This document shows, piece after piece, positions 9,599 through 18,081 of a stretch of DNA of 64,000 nt. The DNA comes from an uncultured Rikenellaceae bacterium (GTDB lineage: Bacteria > Bacteroidota > Bacteroidia > Bacteroidales > VadinHA17): the NCBI GenBank assembly GCA_964526345.1, contig CAZGKI010000003.1, positions 94,625-158,624 of the forward strand, written 5' to 3'. The notes under the pieces are model-generated. The model ran no database searches, was not told the origin of the DNA, and saw only the letters and a list, made by a program, of their open reading frames with translations. Each line of letters begins with the position of its first letter. Position 1 is the stretch's first letter. A program made the position numbers and the translations under genes.

Positions 9599-10453
9599 AT
9601 GCAAAAAGGCAGACGCTTACCGGGATGGCTTAAGATGCAGCGAGCAAGCGGAGAGAACTATACAAGGGTCAAGAGACTTGTTGAAAATAATCATCTCCAT
9701 ACAATCTGTACCAGCGGCAATTGTCCCAATATAGGGGAATGCTGGAATGAAGGGACTGCAACTTTTTTGATACTTGGTGACATTTGTACCAGGGCATGTA
9801 GATTCTGTGCCACAAAAACGGGAAAGCCTTTGCCCCCCGACGAGGGAGAACCTTTACGTCTGGCTGAAACAGTACGGACATTAAACCTGAAACACTGCGT
9901 AGTTACCTCTGTCGACAGAGACGATCTTCAGGACGGAGGCGCATCATTCTGGGCACTGGTTGTTAAGACTATAAAAGAGATAAATCCAGGCCTGACAATC
10001 GAAACATTGATTCCTGATTTTAACGGGAAACAGGAAAATGTACAGATGATCATTGATGCAAATCCGGACGTTATTTCTCATAACGTTGAGACAGTCAGAC
10101 GACTAACTCCTTTGATCAGAACGAAAGCCAGGTATAAGAGAAGCCTCGATATAATCAGGTATATTTCTTCTGAAGGTAAAATTGCCAAATCGGGATTTAT
10201 GCTGGGACTGGGAGAAAATGAAAATGAAATATTTGAAACCATTGATGATCTGTATGATTCAGGATGCAAAGTAGTGACCATCGGGCAGTATCTCAAGCCG
10301 TCACAAAAACATATGGATGTTGTTCAATATATTTCGCCCGGGAAGTTTGAAAATTACACTGAATATGCACTTTCAAAAGGTTTCAGTTTTGTGGAATGCT
10401 CACCTCTTGTACGTTCCTCTTTTCATGCCGGCAAACATGTATATGCTCGATAA
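9599..10453 (+). CDS. lipA: Lipoyl synthase (radical SAM)
   Basis: 284 aa. It has the cysteine clusters CPNIGECW and CTRACRFCA and the typical LipA length. Confidence 0.93.
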   Translation: MQKGRRLPGWLKMQRASGENYTRVKRLVENNHLHTICTSGNCPNIGECWNEGTATFLILGDICTRACRFCATKTGKPLPPDEGEPLRLAETVRTLNLKHCVVTSVDRDDLQDGGASFWALVVKTIKEINPGLTIETLIPDFNGKQENVQMIIDANPDVISHNVETVRRLTPLIRTKARYKRSLDIIRYISSEGKIAKSGFMLGLGENENEIFETIDDLYDSGCKVVTIGQYLKPSQKHMDVVQYISPGKFENYTEYALSKGFSFVECSPLVRSSFHAGKHVYAR

Positions 10454-10492
10454 TTTTAATTATATTTGGATTCCATAATAAGGAAGCAGTAA

Positions 10493-11209
10493 TTGAGCTA
10501 TAGTGTTAAATATGAGGATGTTGGACTGAAAGATTATAAAGAAGTCTGGGATTACCAGGCAGAGATCTTTAAAAAGCTTGTTGATAAAAAAAGAGAGACA
10601 GGGAAAGATCAAAAAGGCGTAAAAGATATTGAGTCCGGGACACTAATATTTGTAGAACATCCTCACGTTTATACCATTGGCAAAAACGGCTCTGAAAATA
10701 ACCTGCTGATCGATTCCATTCAACTTAAGGCTAACGGTGCTTCGGTTTACAGGATTGACAGGGGAGGAGATATAACTTATCATGGTCCGGGGCAGATTGT
10801 CGGATACCCGATTTTTGATCTTGAAGAGATCGGGATTGGCCTGAAAGAATATATTTTCAGGATCGAGGAGGTTATCATCAGAAGCATGTCGATGCTGGGC
10901 ATTACTGGTTCAAGGCTGGAGGGAAGTACCGGAGTGTGGCTTGATCCTGATGTTACGGACAGAGCGAGAAAAATATGTGCAATAGGAGTGAAAGCCAGTA
11001 AATATGTAACAATGCATGGTTTCGCTTTTAATGTCAATACCGACCTCAGATATTTTAATTATATCAACCCCTGCGGATTTACTGATAAGGGGGTTACATC
11101 TCTTGAGAAGGAGTTGGGGAAGAAGCAGGACATGAACCAGATAAAAGATGTTGTTAAAAGTAAGTTCAGGGAAGTATTTGATCTGAAATGGGGAAATAAA
11201 AGCAGCTGA
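10493..11209 (+). CDS. lipB: Octanoyltransferase (lipoyl(octanoyl) transferase)
   Basis: 238 aa with DRGGDITYHGPGQIVGYP and KICAIGVK motifs. The ORF track gives a TTG start, and no in-frame ATG is nearby. Confidence 0.85.
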   Translation: MSYSVKYEDVGLKDYKEVWDYQAEIFKKLVDKKRETGKDQKGVKDIESGTLIFVEHPHVYTIGKNGSENNLLIDSIQLKANGASVYRIDRGGDITYHGPGQIVGYPIFDLEEIGIGLKEYIFRIEEVIIRSMSMLGITGSRLEGSTGVWLDPDVTDRARKICAIGVKASKYVTMHGFAFNVNTDLRYFNYINPCGFTDKGVTSLEKELGKKQDMNQIKDVVKSKFREVFDLKWGNKSS

Positions 11210-12930
11210 TGGAAAAGAGATGGGTAATAAAAGAGAGGGGAGACAGTGCTGTAATCAAGCGTCTGGCAGGAGCTCTGGGTGTGTCTGAATCGCTGGCAAA
11301 CCTGATGGTTCAGAGAAATATTACCAATCCTGAGGAGGCCAGTACTTTCTTTAATCCCAGCCTTGAATATATCCACGATCCTTTCATGATGAAGGACATG
11401 AATAAAGCCGTAGACAGACTCTCAACTGCCATTAAAAGAAACGAAAAGATCCTCGTCTATGGCGACTATGATGTAGATGGCACAACTGCTGTTGCTCTGG
11501 TATATTCTTTTCTGAAGGAACAGTATTCAAATGTGGAGTATTATATTCCTGACAGATACAAAGAAGGATATGGTGTATCATTAATGGGGATAGATTTTGC
11601 CTATAAAAACAACTGTAAGCTACTTATCACACTTGATTGCGGTATTAAAGCGATTGAAAAAATACGTTATGCAAGTAGCAAAGGAATTGATGTAATAGTC
11701 TGTGACCATCATTACCCCGGCGAAGAGATCCCAAAAGCACTTGCAGTACTCGATCCCAAGCAGCCTGGCTGCAGCTATCCTTATAAGGAACTGTCGGGAT
11801 GCGGAGTGGGCTTTAAGCTGATTCATGCCTATTCAAAAATAATGGGCATACCTTTCAGCGATATTTCTCATTATCTCGACCTTGTAGCTGTTAGTATTGC
11901 ATCAGACATTGTCCCGATAACCGGTGAAAACAGGATACTGGCATATTTCGGGCTTAAACAGCTTAATGAATCACCCCGTACCGGTTTGAAGGAGATAATA
12001 AAAGAAGCTGAAGTATCCAGGGCGCTTACAGTTGAAGATGTGGTTTTTAAAATAGGTCCCAGGATAAATGCCGCGGGAAGAATGGAATCGGGCAGTAAAG
12101 TAGTGGAACTTCTTATATCAGACGATATAGCACTCGCGGCAGGGATAAGCAAGGAGATAAACAACTTCAATATTGAAAGAAGAAGTATCGATCGGGTGAT
12201 CACCAGTGAGGCTATGCGGATGATATCGGAGGATCAGCGGACACTCAATGCAAAAACGACAGTGTTGTATAATCCTGACTGGAAAAAAGGAGTGATCGGA
12301 ATTGTGGCTTCACGGCTTATTGAGATTTATTACCGGCCTACTGTAATACTTACTGAATCAAATGGTTTTGCAACAGGATCAGCAAGATCGGTACAGGGTT
12401 ATGATCTGTACCAGGCTATAGAATCCTGCTCCGATCTGCTTGAAAGCTTCGGCGGACATATGTATGCAGCCGGACTTACTTTGAAGAAAGAGAATATAAA
12501 GCCATTTATTGAGAGATTCGAACAATATGTTAACAGTACAATAACTGAAGACCAGTTGGTCCCCAGGGTATTTATAGATACCGAACTCCGGTTTTCAGAG
12601 ATAAACGAGGATTTTTTCAAAGTGATGAGCCAATTCCAACCCTTTGGCCCTGAGAACATGTCGCCAGTTTTTGTTTCAAGAAATGTCTTTGATGCCGGGA
12701 CCGGACGGATGGTAGGATCAAGCGGTGAGCACCTGAAGCTGGATCTTCTCCAGGATAATTCAACGGCCGCAACAGTTCCTGCAATAGCGTTCAACCAGGC
12801 TGATCATTTTGAATATATAAAAGGAGGAAATCCTTTTGATGTCTGCTATTCACTTGAAATGAATGAATTCAGGGGAAACAGGAATCTTCAGTTGAACGTA
12901 CGCGATATCAAGACGCCATTTGACAGGTAA
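11209..12930 (+). CDS. recJ: Single-stranded-DNA-specific exonuclease RecJ
   Basis: 573 aa. It has DHH motifs (GDYDVDGTTA, VCDHH) and the DHHA1 motif GGHMYAAG. Its start overlaps the lipB stop (ATGA-type overlap). Confidence 0.9.
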   Translation: MEKRWVIKERGDSAVIKRLAGALGVSESLANLMVQRNITNPEEASTFFNPSLEYIHDPFMMKDMNKAVDRLSTAIKRNEKILVYGDYDVDGTTAVALVYSFLKEQYSNVEYYIPDRYKEGYGVSLMGIDFAYKNNCKLLITLDCGIKAIEKIRYASSKGIDVIVCDHHYPGEEIPKALAVLDPKQPGCSYPYKELSGCGVGFKLIHAYSKIMGIPFSDISHYLDLVAVSIASDIVPITGENRILAYFGLKQLNESPRTGLKEIIKEAEVSRALTVEDVVFKIGPRINAAGRMESGSKVVELLISDDIALAAGISKEINNFNIERRSIDRVITSEAMRMISEDQRTLNAKTTVLYNPDWKKGVIGIVASRLIEIYYRPTVILTESNGFATGSARSVQGYDLYQAIESCSDLLESFGGHMYAAGLTLKKENIKPFIERFEQYVNSTITEDQLVPRVFIDTELRFSEINEDFFKVMSQFQPFGPENMSPVFVSRNVFDAGTGRMVGSSGEHLKLDLLQDNSTAATVPAIAFNQADHFEYIKGGNPFDVCYSLEMNEFRGNRNLQLNVRDIKTPFDR

Positions 12931-12954
12931 TTCTGTAACCGAATGTTACCTTAT

Positions 12955-13030
12955 AAGATGAAGGGGAGAGTGGGTTATCCTCCTTCGCTGAAACTTCGAT
13001 GGACAGGGGAGGGTGATGGGGAGATTGAAG
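12955..13030. repeat. GGGGAGAG-family intergenic repeat
   Basis: GAAGGGGAGAGTGGGT and GGTGATGGGGAGA match GAAGGGGAGAGAGGGT and (in reverse complement) GTGATGGGGAGA at 18695-18755. Confidence 0.6.
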
Positions 13031-13088
13031 AAATGCATTATGTATTATAGATGATTGGCAATCTTGCAGGGTGGGTGTTTGTGCGGGA

Positions 13089-15077
13089 TTAAAACCAAAG
13101 GCGGAGTTGTAATTTTAATTCGTCTTTATCCTCTGTTATATCTGTATTTCTTAATAGTGTTGTCAATCCATATTTTATTCGGAGCTCTGAAAATTTCCCG
13201 ATCTTCCATTTTATCATTAAATAACTGCGGCTTCCTTCACCAGATAAAGCGGGAATGCTGAAGTTGTAAAGCAGGTCATTCTCATACGTGTAAAGTCTTG
13301 TATCCCAGTCGTCTGTATTGAAGATGCAATATCTGAACCAGAAAGTCAAAGGTAATTGATGAAACCTGTAAATTATATCCTGCATCATCAGCATGCCTTT
13401 ATTACCAGAGGGATCAACAACCTTATAGTCCAGTCGTGTTGCCATTGTGAGGCAATTATTAAGTGTATATTTTACACTTCCTCTTATCGTACGGCTTATG
13501 GTCTCTGCAATTCCTGAAATACCCTGATCTGCCTGGTCATCAAACATTGCATGCCGGTAACTATACAGAAAATCACAGGTAATCTTTTCGGATGGGAGAT
13601 ATTGAATCCTAATTTCATATCTCTTACCCATAGAGGGGAAGCTGCACCTGTACCTTAACCACGGGTAATAGCAAAGATCGCAACCCGCACTGATGAAGAG
13701 ATGCTTTGCTGCCTCGAAAGTAAAATTTCCCAGAATCCCCCTCTCATTATTGTTATGCGAACTGTTACCCGGACCATTTCCGTGGAAGCTGATAAACTCC
13801 CGGGCATAATCCCTGTAAAGAACATTTATTGATAATCTGTCAGATGGCCTTAAGGTTGCCCCTTGTACAACGGCAAAATTATCCATGTTATTTAACGAGA
13901 TTTCACCGTAAAGCAGAATCCTGCTGATCAGGCTGTTGTAATACAATGAGAATATATTGTTTTTTCTGTTATTAAAATCATAAAGGTTTTCAGGATCTGT
14001 AACTTCAGCCAATATGGGAATAGAAAACATAATTGCCGACCATGTCATTCCGATTTTCATTGATGTAAGGTTACATGAGAAATTAAATCCACTGGCCGTC
14101 TCAGAGAGAATATCCTTTTTCAATATCTGACTGGAAGTTGTATGTAAGCCTGTCCGGTAAAGGTTTTCAATATATGTGTAAGATGAATCAGGCCTTAACG
14201 CAGGTGTTGCATCAATTTTATTGTATGAACAAAAGATTGAGAGATCAAATTTCCTGAGACTGAATTCTGCTGCAACACCCCTGAAATAGTTATTCTCATC
14301 AGTTGATGTATAAGGTCTTATTTCATTTCTTGCTGACATATATCCTGGTGAAGTCAGCGACAATCCTGTACGTATTCCTGTATTTATATTGGTCCCCTGG
14401 CCAAAACGGGATGAAAAATCGCCGACTATAATTTTTTTAACCACTCCTTTTCCGGAATAAGATGCATGTGCTGAGAAAAAATCAGGAAGAGGTGGTGATC
14501 CGGTAAAAAATTTTTCTCCCGGGTCTTTTTCGATTGTAAATCCTCCTTCGAAGGGACCGGCCCTAAGCCTGTATTTTGTAAGAAATTTAAGGGATGAGCC
14601 CGATAATGAAGTATCTCTTTCTCCGGGGTTTACGATCAGGTTTGTAAGCAGGGTATTGTTCCATTTTAATGAATCAGGTATATTATCAGCAATTAAGCCA
14701 AACGATATAAAAGGACTTATCATTTCTGCAACGGAGCGATCAAATCCCGGAATGGCTGCTATTTCATAAAGTGAGACTATCTTACCTGTTGTTTGTATAT
14801 AATCTGTCAGTGATTTGATCTGGAAGTCGGAGAGGAAAAAGAGCCTGGAGATCTCGGAAATGGTTCCTGAATTTATGGTTACAGGTTTTTCATATAATTC
14901 GTAAAGCTGTTCAGTCAGCAGTGATGCTCCCTCAGGATCTGTTTCATTGGCTGCCAGTTCCTCCGCAATATCTGTAATTACCTCTGAAACAGCTATTTCC
15001 TGGCATTCTGCACTGAAAGGGAAGAATAGAATTATCATTAAAAAATAATGTAAAATATTTTTGAATAGGTATTTCAT
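13089..15077 (-). CDS. Secreted helix-hairpin-helix domain protein with a C-terminal outer-membrane beta-barrel-like region
   Basis: 662 aa. It has a signal peptide and a ComEA-like HhH segment (IVSLYEIAAIPGFDRSVAEMISPFISF). A long alternating beta-rich region ends in the aromatic terminus ...LRLWF. Confidence 0.6.
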   Translation of the reverse strand: MKYLFKNILHYFLMIILFFPFSAECQEIAVSEVITDIAEELAANETDPEGASLLTEQLYELYEKPVTINSGTISEISRLFFLSDFQIKSLTDYIQTTGKIVSLYEIAAIPGFDRSVAEMISPFISFGLIADNIPDSLKWNNTLLTNLIVNPGERDTSLSGSSLKFLTKYRLRAGPFEGGFTIEKDPGEKFFTGSPPLPDFFSAHASYSGKGVVKKIIVGDFSSRFGQGTNINTGIRTGLSLTSPGYMSARNEIRPYTSTDENNYFRGVAAEFSLRKFDLSIFCSYNKIDATPALRPDSSYTYIENLYRTGLHTTSSQILKKDILSETASGFNFSCNLTSMKIGMTWSAIMFSIPILAEVTDPENLYDFNNRKNNIFSLYYNSLISRILLYGEISLNNMDNFAVVQGATLRPSDRLSINVLYRDYAREFISFHGNGPGNSSHNNNERGILGNFTFEAAKHLFISAGCDLCYYPWLRYRCSFPSMGKRYEIRIQYLPSEKITCDFLYSYRHAMFDDQADQGISGIAETISRTIRGSVKYTLNNCLTMATRLDYKVVDPSGNKGMLMMQDIIYRFHQLPLTFWFRYCIFNTDDWDTRLYTYENDLLYNFSIPALSGEGSRSYLMIKWKIGKFSELRIKYGLTTLLRNTDITEDKDELKLQLRLWF

Positions 15078-15093
15078 TTACTTCTATTTGTTA

Positions 15094-15131
15094 CACAGAG
15101 CTTCACAGAGGGGTCACAGAGGACCACAGAG
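15094..15131. repeat. Array of four phased CACAGAG heptamers
   Basis: CACAGAG occurs at 15094, 15104, 15115 and 15125 (spacing 10-11-10). The array ends 1 nt before the stop codon of the GxxExxY gene. Confidence 0.95.
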
Positions 15132-15132
15132 G

Positions 15133-15504
15133 TTATCTTATGAATCTCCTGATACCGCTTTTAAGTATCATAACATTGAAATTTATAAGTAAACCGATTT
15201 TCTTGTTGGCAAATTTCATATAGGTAAGAATCTGGGCTTCATGAACGGGGTTGAATTCATCAACCACCTTAAGTTCTATTATGACCAGGTTCTCAACTAA
15301 AATATCGATACGGTAACCAAAGTCCAGTTTTATATCCTTATAGACTACCGGAGCAGGTTGTTGTCTTTTAATACTCAATCCAGCCTTACTAAGTTCAAAA
15401 GCCAGGCACTCTTCATATGCGGATTCCAGCAGACCTGGTCCCAGATTTTTATGTACCTCAATTGCACAACCTATTATCACTCTTGTAATTTCGTTTATTT
15501 CCAT
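15133..15504 (-). CDS. GxxExxY protein (PD-(D/E)XK nuclease-fold family, PF13366/TIGR04256-like)
   Basis: 123 aa. GLLESAY is the GxxExxY motif. The segment YRIDILVENLVIIELK fits a D...E-x-K restriction-endonuclease-like core. The gene is flanked on both sides by heptamer arrays. Confidence 0.85.
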   Translation of the reverse strand: MEINEITRVIIGCAIEVHKNLGPGLLESAYEECLAFELSKAGLSIKRQQPAPVVYKDIKLDFGYRIDILVENLVIIELKVVDEFNPVHEAQILTYMKFANKKIGLLINFNVMILKSGIRRFIR

Positions 15505-15524
15505 ACCTGATTATTATTTATTTT

Positions 15525-15602
15525 TCTCTGTGGTTCTCTGTGTCTTTTTATCCGCCGAAGCACCAGCGAAGGCGGATTCTGTGATCCTCTGTGTAAGTTC
15601 TT
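15525..15602. repeat. CTCTGTG x2, hairpin, CTCTGTG x2, TAAGTTCTTC block
   Basis: CTCTGTG occurs at 15525 and 15535. The hairpin is ATCCGCC-N14-GGCGGAT (15549-15576). Then come TTCTGTG at 15576, CTCTGTG at 15586, and TAAGTTCTTC at 15593-15602. Confidence 0.95.
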
Positions 15603-15670
15603 CAAAAAATAGCATCATTCCTGTCCGTTAATTCCGCTTTTACTTTGCTCTATTTTCGGTTAAACTTTTT

Positions 15671-16519
15671 TTATTTTATTATATATACAATAGAAACAGC
15701 TGAGGTAATTCCGAGTCTCTCATGTGATGCAAAACCTAGGTCGAGTTTTAAGGATTTTATCTGGTAACCAAGCCCCATGGTAAAGGATGTATTTTCAGTG
15801 CTGAATCCTCCCTTCAGCCAAAGCTTTTTTGCTGCCTCATACTCAAACCCTGTTCGAATAATGAGTTTTTCACCTGAGCTCATCTCTGATTCAACCCCTG
15901 CAAAAAGCTCTTTGCTGAGATCAATACCGGCTCCGGCCCTTAATGACACCGGCAGGAATGATTTTCTGATAGAATTCGGAACAGGGTTAAACAGATGAAC
16001 ACCAATACTGATTTTGTCAGAAGGCATGAATAAAATGCCGGCTTCATATGTAATTGCCTGGTAATTATCATATTCCCCGTAAGTCTTTTCTGAAAAATAA
16101 TCGATCTGGATGCCGGCAGCAATATTATCGGAAAGGGCCATGCCGCATGCAATGCCTCCCATCTCCCTTCTGAAGTCTGAATACCCGAAATGTGAATAAA
16201 TAAGACCCAGCGATGTCTTTCCGACAGGTAAAATAAGGCCTGCAGTCTTCGTTCCCAACTCATTGATGCCGAATCTGTTTTCGTAGTTGATCCCTATCGA
16301 CAATGAAGTATTATTAGCAAGAGAAGCCTGGTTCCTGAATGATGGCCAGAATCCTTGGCGCATGACGCAAACAGATCCCATTCCTGTTTCTCCGGCACCG
16401 TCAGATACCCTGTATGGGTTGCTTCCGTAAGCGGAAATGGTCAGGAAAATAAAAACAATCGAAACAGATATTTTGTGCAGCGAGAACAACTGTTTCTGGC
16501 ATAAACCACTAAGGTACAA
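15671..16519 (-). CDS. Putative outer-membrane beta-barrel protein (PorQ/PorV-like; uncertain)
   Basis: 282 aa with a signal-like N-terminus and alternating beta-strand pattern. The track start is TTG. A second in-frame TTG at 16489 gives a more typical signal peptide (M-FSLHKISVSIVFIFLTISAYG). Confidence 0.5.
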   Translation of the reverse strand: MYLSGLCQKQLFSLHKISVSIVFIFLTISAYGSNPYRVSDGAGETGMGSVCVMRQGFWPSFRNQASLANNTSLSIGINYENRFGINELGTKTAGLILPVGKTSLGLIYSHFGYSDFRREMGGIACGMALSDNIAAGIQIDYFSEKTYGEYDNYQAITYEAGILFMPSDKISIGVHLFNPVPNSIRKSFLPVSLRAGAGIDLSKELFAGVESEMSSGEKLIIRTGFEYEAAKKLWLKGGFSTENTSFTMGLGYQIKSLKLDLGFASHERLGITSAVSIVYIIK

Positions 16520-16585
16520 AAAAAATTAATCCGAAAAAAAGGATTGTTTTTTTTATTTTGCCTTATAGTTACAGAAGACACCCCC

Positions 16586-16765
16586 GGCCATACTACGTAT
16601 GGCCACCCCCTAAAGGGGGTCTAATACTCTGCATTATATATAATTATACTATATTCGTATGCATAATTTTTAATTACTTAAACTGTATTAGCCCCCCTTC
16701 AGGGGGGTCGGGGGGTCGGGGGGTCGTTTCACCCGGTACTGAATTAGCCTGTCTTCAGAGCCTGT
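16586..16765. repeat. Cluster of GC mini-hairpins and two direct copies of the TTAGCCCCCCTTCAGGGGGG-type unit with a (TCGGGGGG) tandem
   Basis: GGCCATAC-tac-GTATGGCC lies at 16586-16604, CCCCC-TAAA-GGGGG at 16606-16619, and CCCCCC-TTCA-GGGGGG at 16692-16707. These are followed by TCGGGGGG TCGGGGGG TCG. A degenerate second unit, GTACTGAATTAGCCTGTCTTCAGAGCC, lies at about 16736-16762. Confidence 0.85.
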
Positions 16766-16801
16766 CACAGCCGGAGGACGAGAGGGGTTGGGTGGTAGTC
16801 T

Positions 16802-17308
16802 TCAATTGGTCTTATATGGAAACTTTACCTTTTTAAGCTCTTCATTGGCATCAACAATCTTCTTCTTAAGATTCTCCTTGAATTTTACGACATCCTTCAT
16901 TATTTCCTCATTGCCTGTGCCTATTATCTGCGCAGCCAATATACCTGCATTCTGTGCAGCATTAACGCCGACAGTAGCTACCGGAATTCCGGGAGGCATC
17001 TGGAGGATAGAGAATATTGAATCGAGACCCTCAAGGGAGGCTTTTATCGGAACACCTATTACAGGCAATGGCGTCATTGCGGCAATGACACCCGGAAGAT
17101 GAGCAGCCATGCCTGCTGCTGCTATGATAACTTTAATACCCCTTCCTGCCGCACCCTTTGCAAACTTTTCAACTTCTTCAGGGGTCCTGTGAGCAGATAA
17201 AGCATTAAACTCAAAAGGTATCCTGAAATCATTAAGAACCTGTGCTGCCTTCTCCATTACAGGCAGGTCGGAAGTGCTTCCCATTATTATGCTTACTAAT
17301 GGTTCCAT
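16802..17308 (-). CDS. purE: 5-(carboxyamino)imidazole ribonucleotide mutase
   Basis: 168 aa with IIMGSTSDLPVM and AAGMAAHLPGVIAAMT motifs. Confidence 0.92.
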   Translation of the reverse strand: MEPLVSIIMGSTSDLPVMEKAAQVLNDFRIPFEFNALSAHRTPEEVEKFAKGAAGRGIKVIIAAAGMAAHLPGVIAAMTPLPVIGVPIKASLEGLDSIFSILQMPPGIPVATVGVNAAQNAGILAAQIIGTGNEEIMKDVVKFKENLKKKIVDANEELKKVKFPYKTN

Positions 17309-17340
17309 AGAAATAATTATATTTAACTTTCTGACCGGAG

Positions 17341-17348
17341 CAAAAATA
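17341..17348 (-). promoter_or_regulatory. Candidate -7 box (TATTTTTG) for purE
   Basis: Exact TAnnTTTG on the minus strand, 32 nt upstream of the purE ATG. Confidence 0.35.
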
Positions 17349-17510
17349 AGCTATTATTTTCATATTTTCGCACCAGCTTGATGTTCAAAAAATTCCATTA
17401 TAAAACCCACATGCATTTAAACACACAGATTCAATATTATAATGACCCGCTGCTTTCGGACTCTTCAGCTTTCCGGAGCAGGCTAACTAACATTAAATCC
17501 AGATAAATAA

Positions 17511-18050
17511 ATGGCTAAAGAAACAGTAATACGAGATAAAAAGTTCCGGGAGCTTATTACAGGAGAAACCATCAGCAAGCGAATACATGAGATGGCGCAG
17601 GAGATAAATCGGGATTATGCAGGCAAGGAAGTGGTATTCCTCGGGATACTTAATGGAGCATTCCTGTTTGCTGCCGATATGTTTAAAAGTATTGATCTTA
17701 AAGCCAGGATCTCTTTTGTTAAGCTGGCGTCATATGAAGGAACAAGAACTTCCGGATCCGTTAAGGAACTTATAGGATGGAATGAGGATATAAGTGGTAT
17801 GAATGTAATAGTACTTGAAGATATTGTTGATACCGGTCATACCCTCGAACGAATTATTGGTGAATTAACTATAAGAAAGGTGACAGGCATCAAGATTGCA
17901 GCTCTGCTTTTTAAACCTGACGCTTATTTGAAGAATATACCAATAGACTATATCGGCTTTAAGATTCCGAATGATTTTGTTGTGGGCTATGGTCTTGATT
18001 ATGATGGCTACGGTCGTAATTTGCCCTCAGTTTATACCCTTGTTCATTAA
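17511..18050 (+). CDS. hpt: Hypoxanthine phosphoribosyltransferase
   Basis: 179 aa with the PRPP-binding motif VIVLEDIVDTGHTL and the C-terminal FVVGYGLDY. Confidence 0.9.
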   Translation: MAKETVIRDKKFRELITGETISKRIHEMAQEINRDYAGKEVVFLGILNGAFLFAADMFKSIDLKARISFVKLASYEGTRTSGSVKELIGWNEDISGMNVIVLEDIVDTGHTLERIIGELTIRKVTGIKIAALLFKPDAYLKNIPIDYIGFKIPNDFVVGYGLDYDGYGRNLPSVYTLVH

Positions 18051-18081
18051 TTCATAATTTATATTACTTAATTTATTTTTT

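Noticed and set aside
9414-9599. 61-aa ORF (LRISVNLCDFSVVLSAS...) in the fucI-lipA spacer
   Set aside because: It is a translation of the CTCTGTG heptamer array and hairpin. It has low complexity, no start context, and lies across two predicted promoters.
15094-15131. CRISPR array as an explanation for the regularly spaced repeats (also 38000-38037 and 9458-9495)
   Set aside because: The units are 7 bp with 3-4 bp spacers, far below CRISPR repeat and spacer sizes. No cas genes are present, and the arrays occur as inverted blocks at many loci.
16528-16556. AATCC-gaaaaaaa-GGATT hairpin with a T8 tract as an intrinsic terminator
   Set aside because: The stem is only 5 bp and AT-rich. On the plus strand there is no upstream gene to terminate, and on the minus strand it would sit just upstream of the OM-barrel gene start.
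16702-16723. G-quadruplex formed by the GGGGGG runs
   Set aside because: Only three G-runs are contiguous, and the first is already paired in a perfect C6/G6 hairpin. A G4 is possible but cannot be supported from sequence alone.
16558-16836. 92-aa ORF and the overlapping 16788..17102 ORF
   Set aside because: The first reads through the GC mini-hairpin and G-run repeat (PPSGGSGGRGV). The second is antisense to purE.
17309-17510. Possible purine riboswitch or other leader RNA between divergent purE and hpt
   Set aside because: There is no match to the purine-riboswitch core that I can recognise (no UAUGG...CUACC junction signature). Only an imperfect hairpin is present (about 17449-17487).
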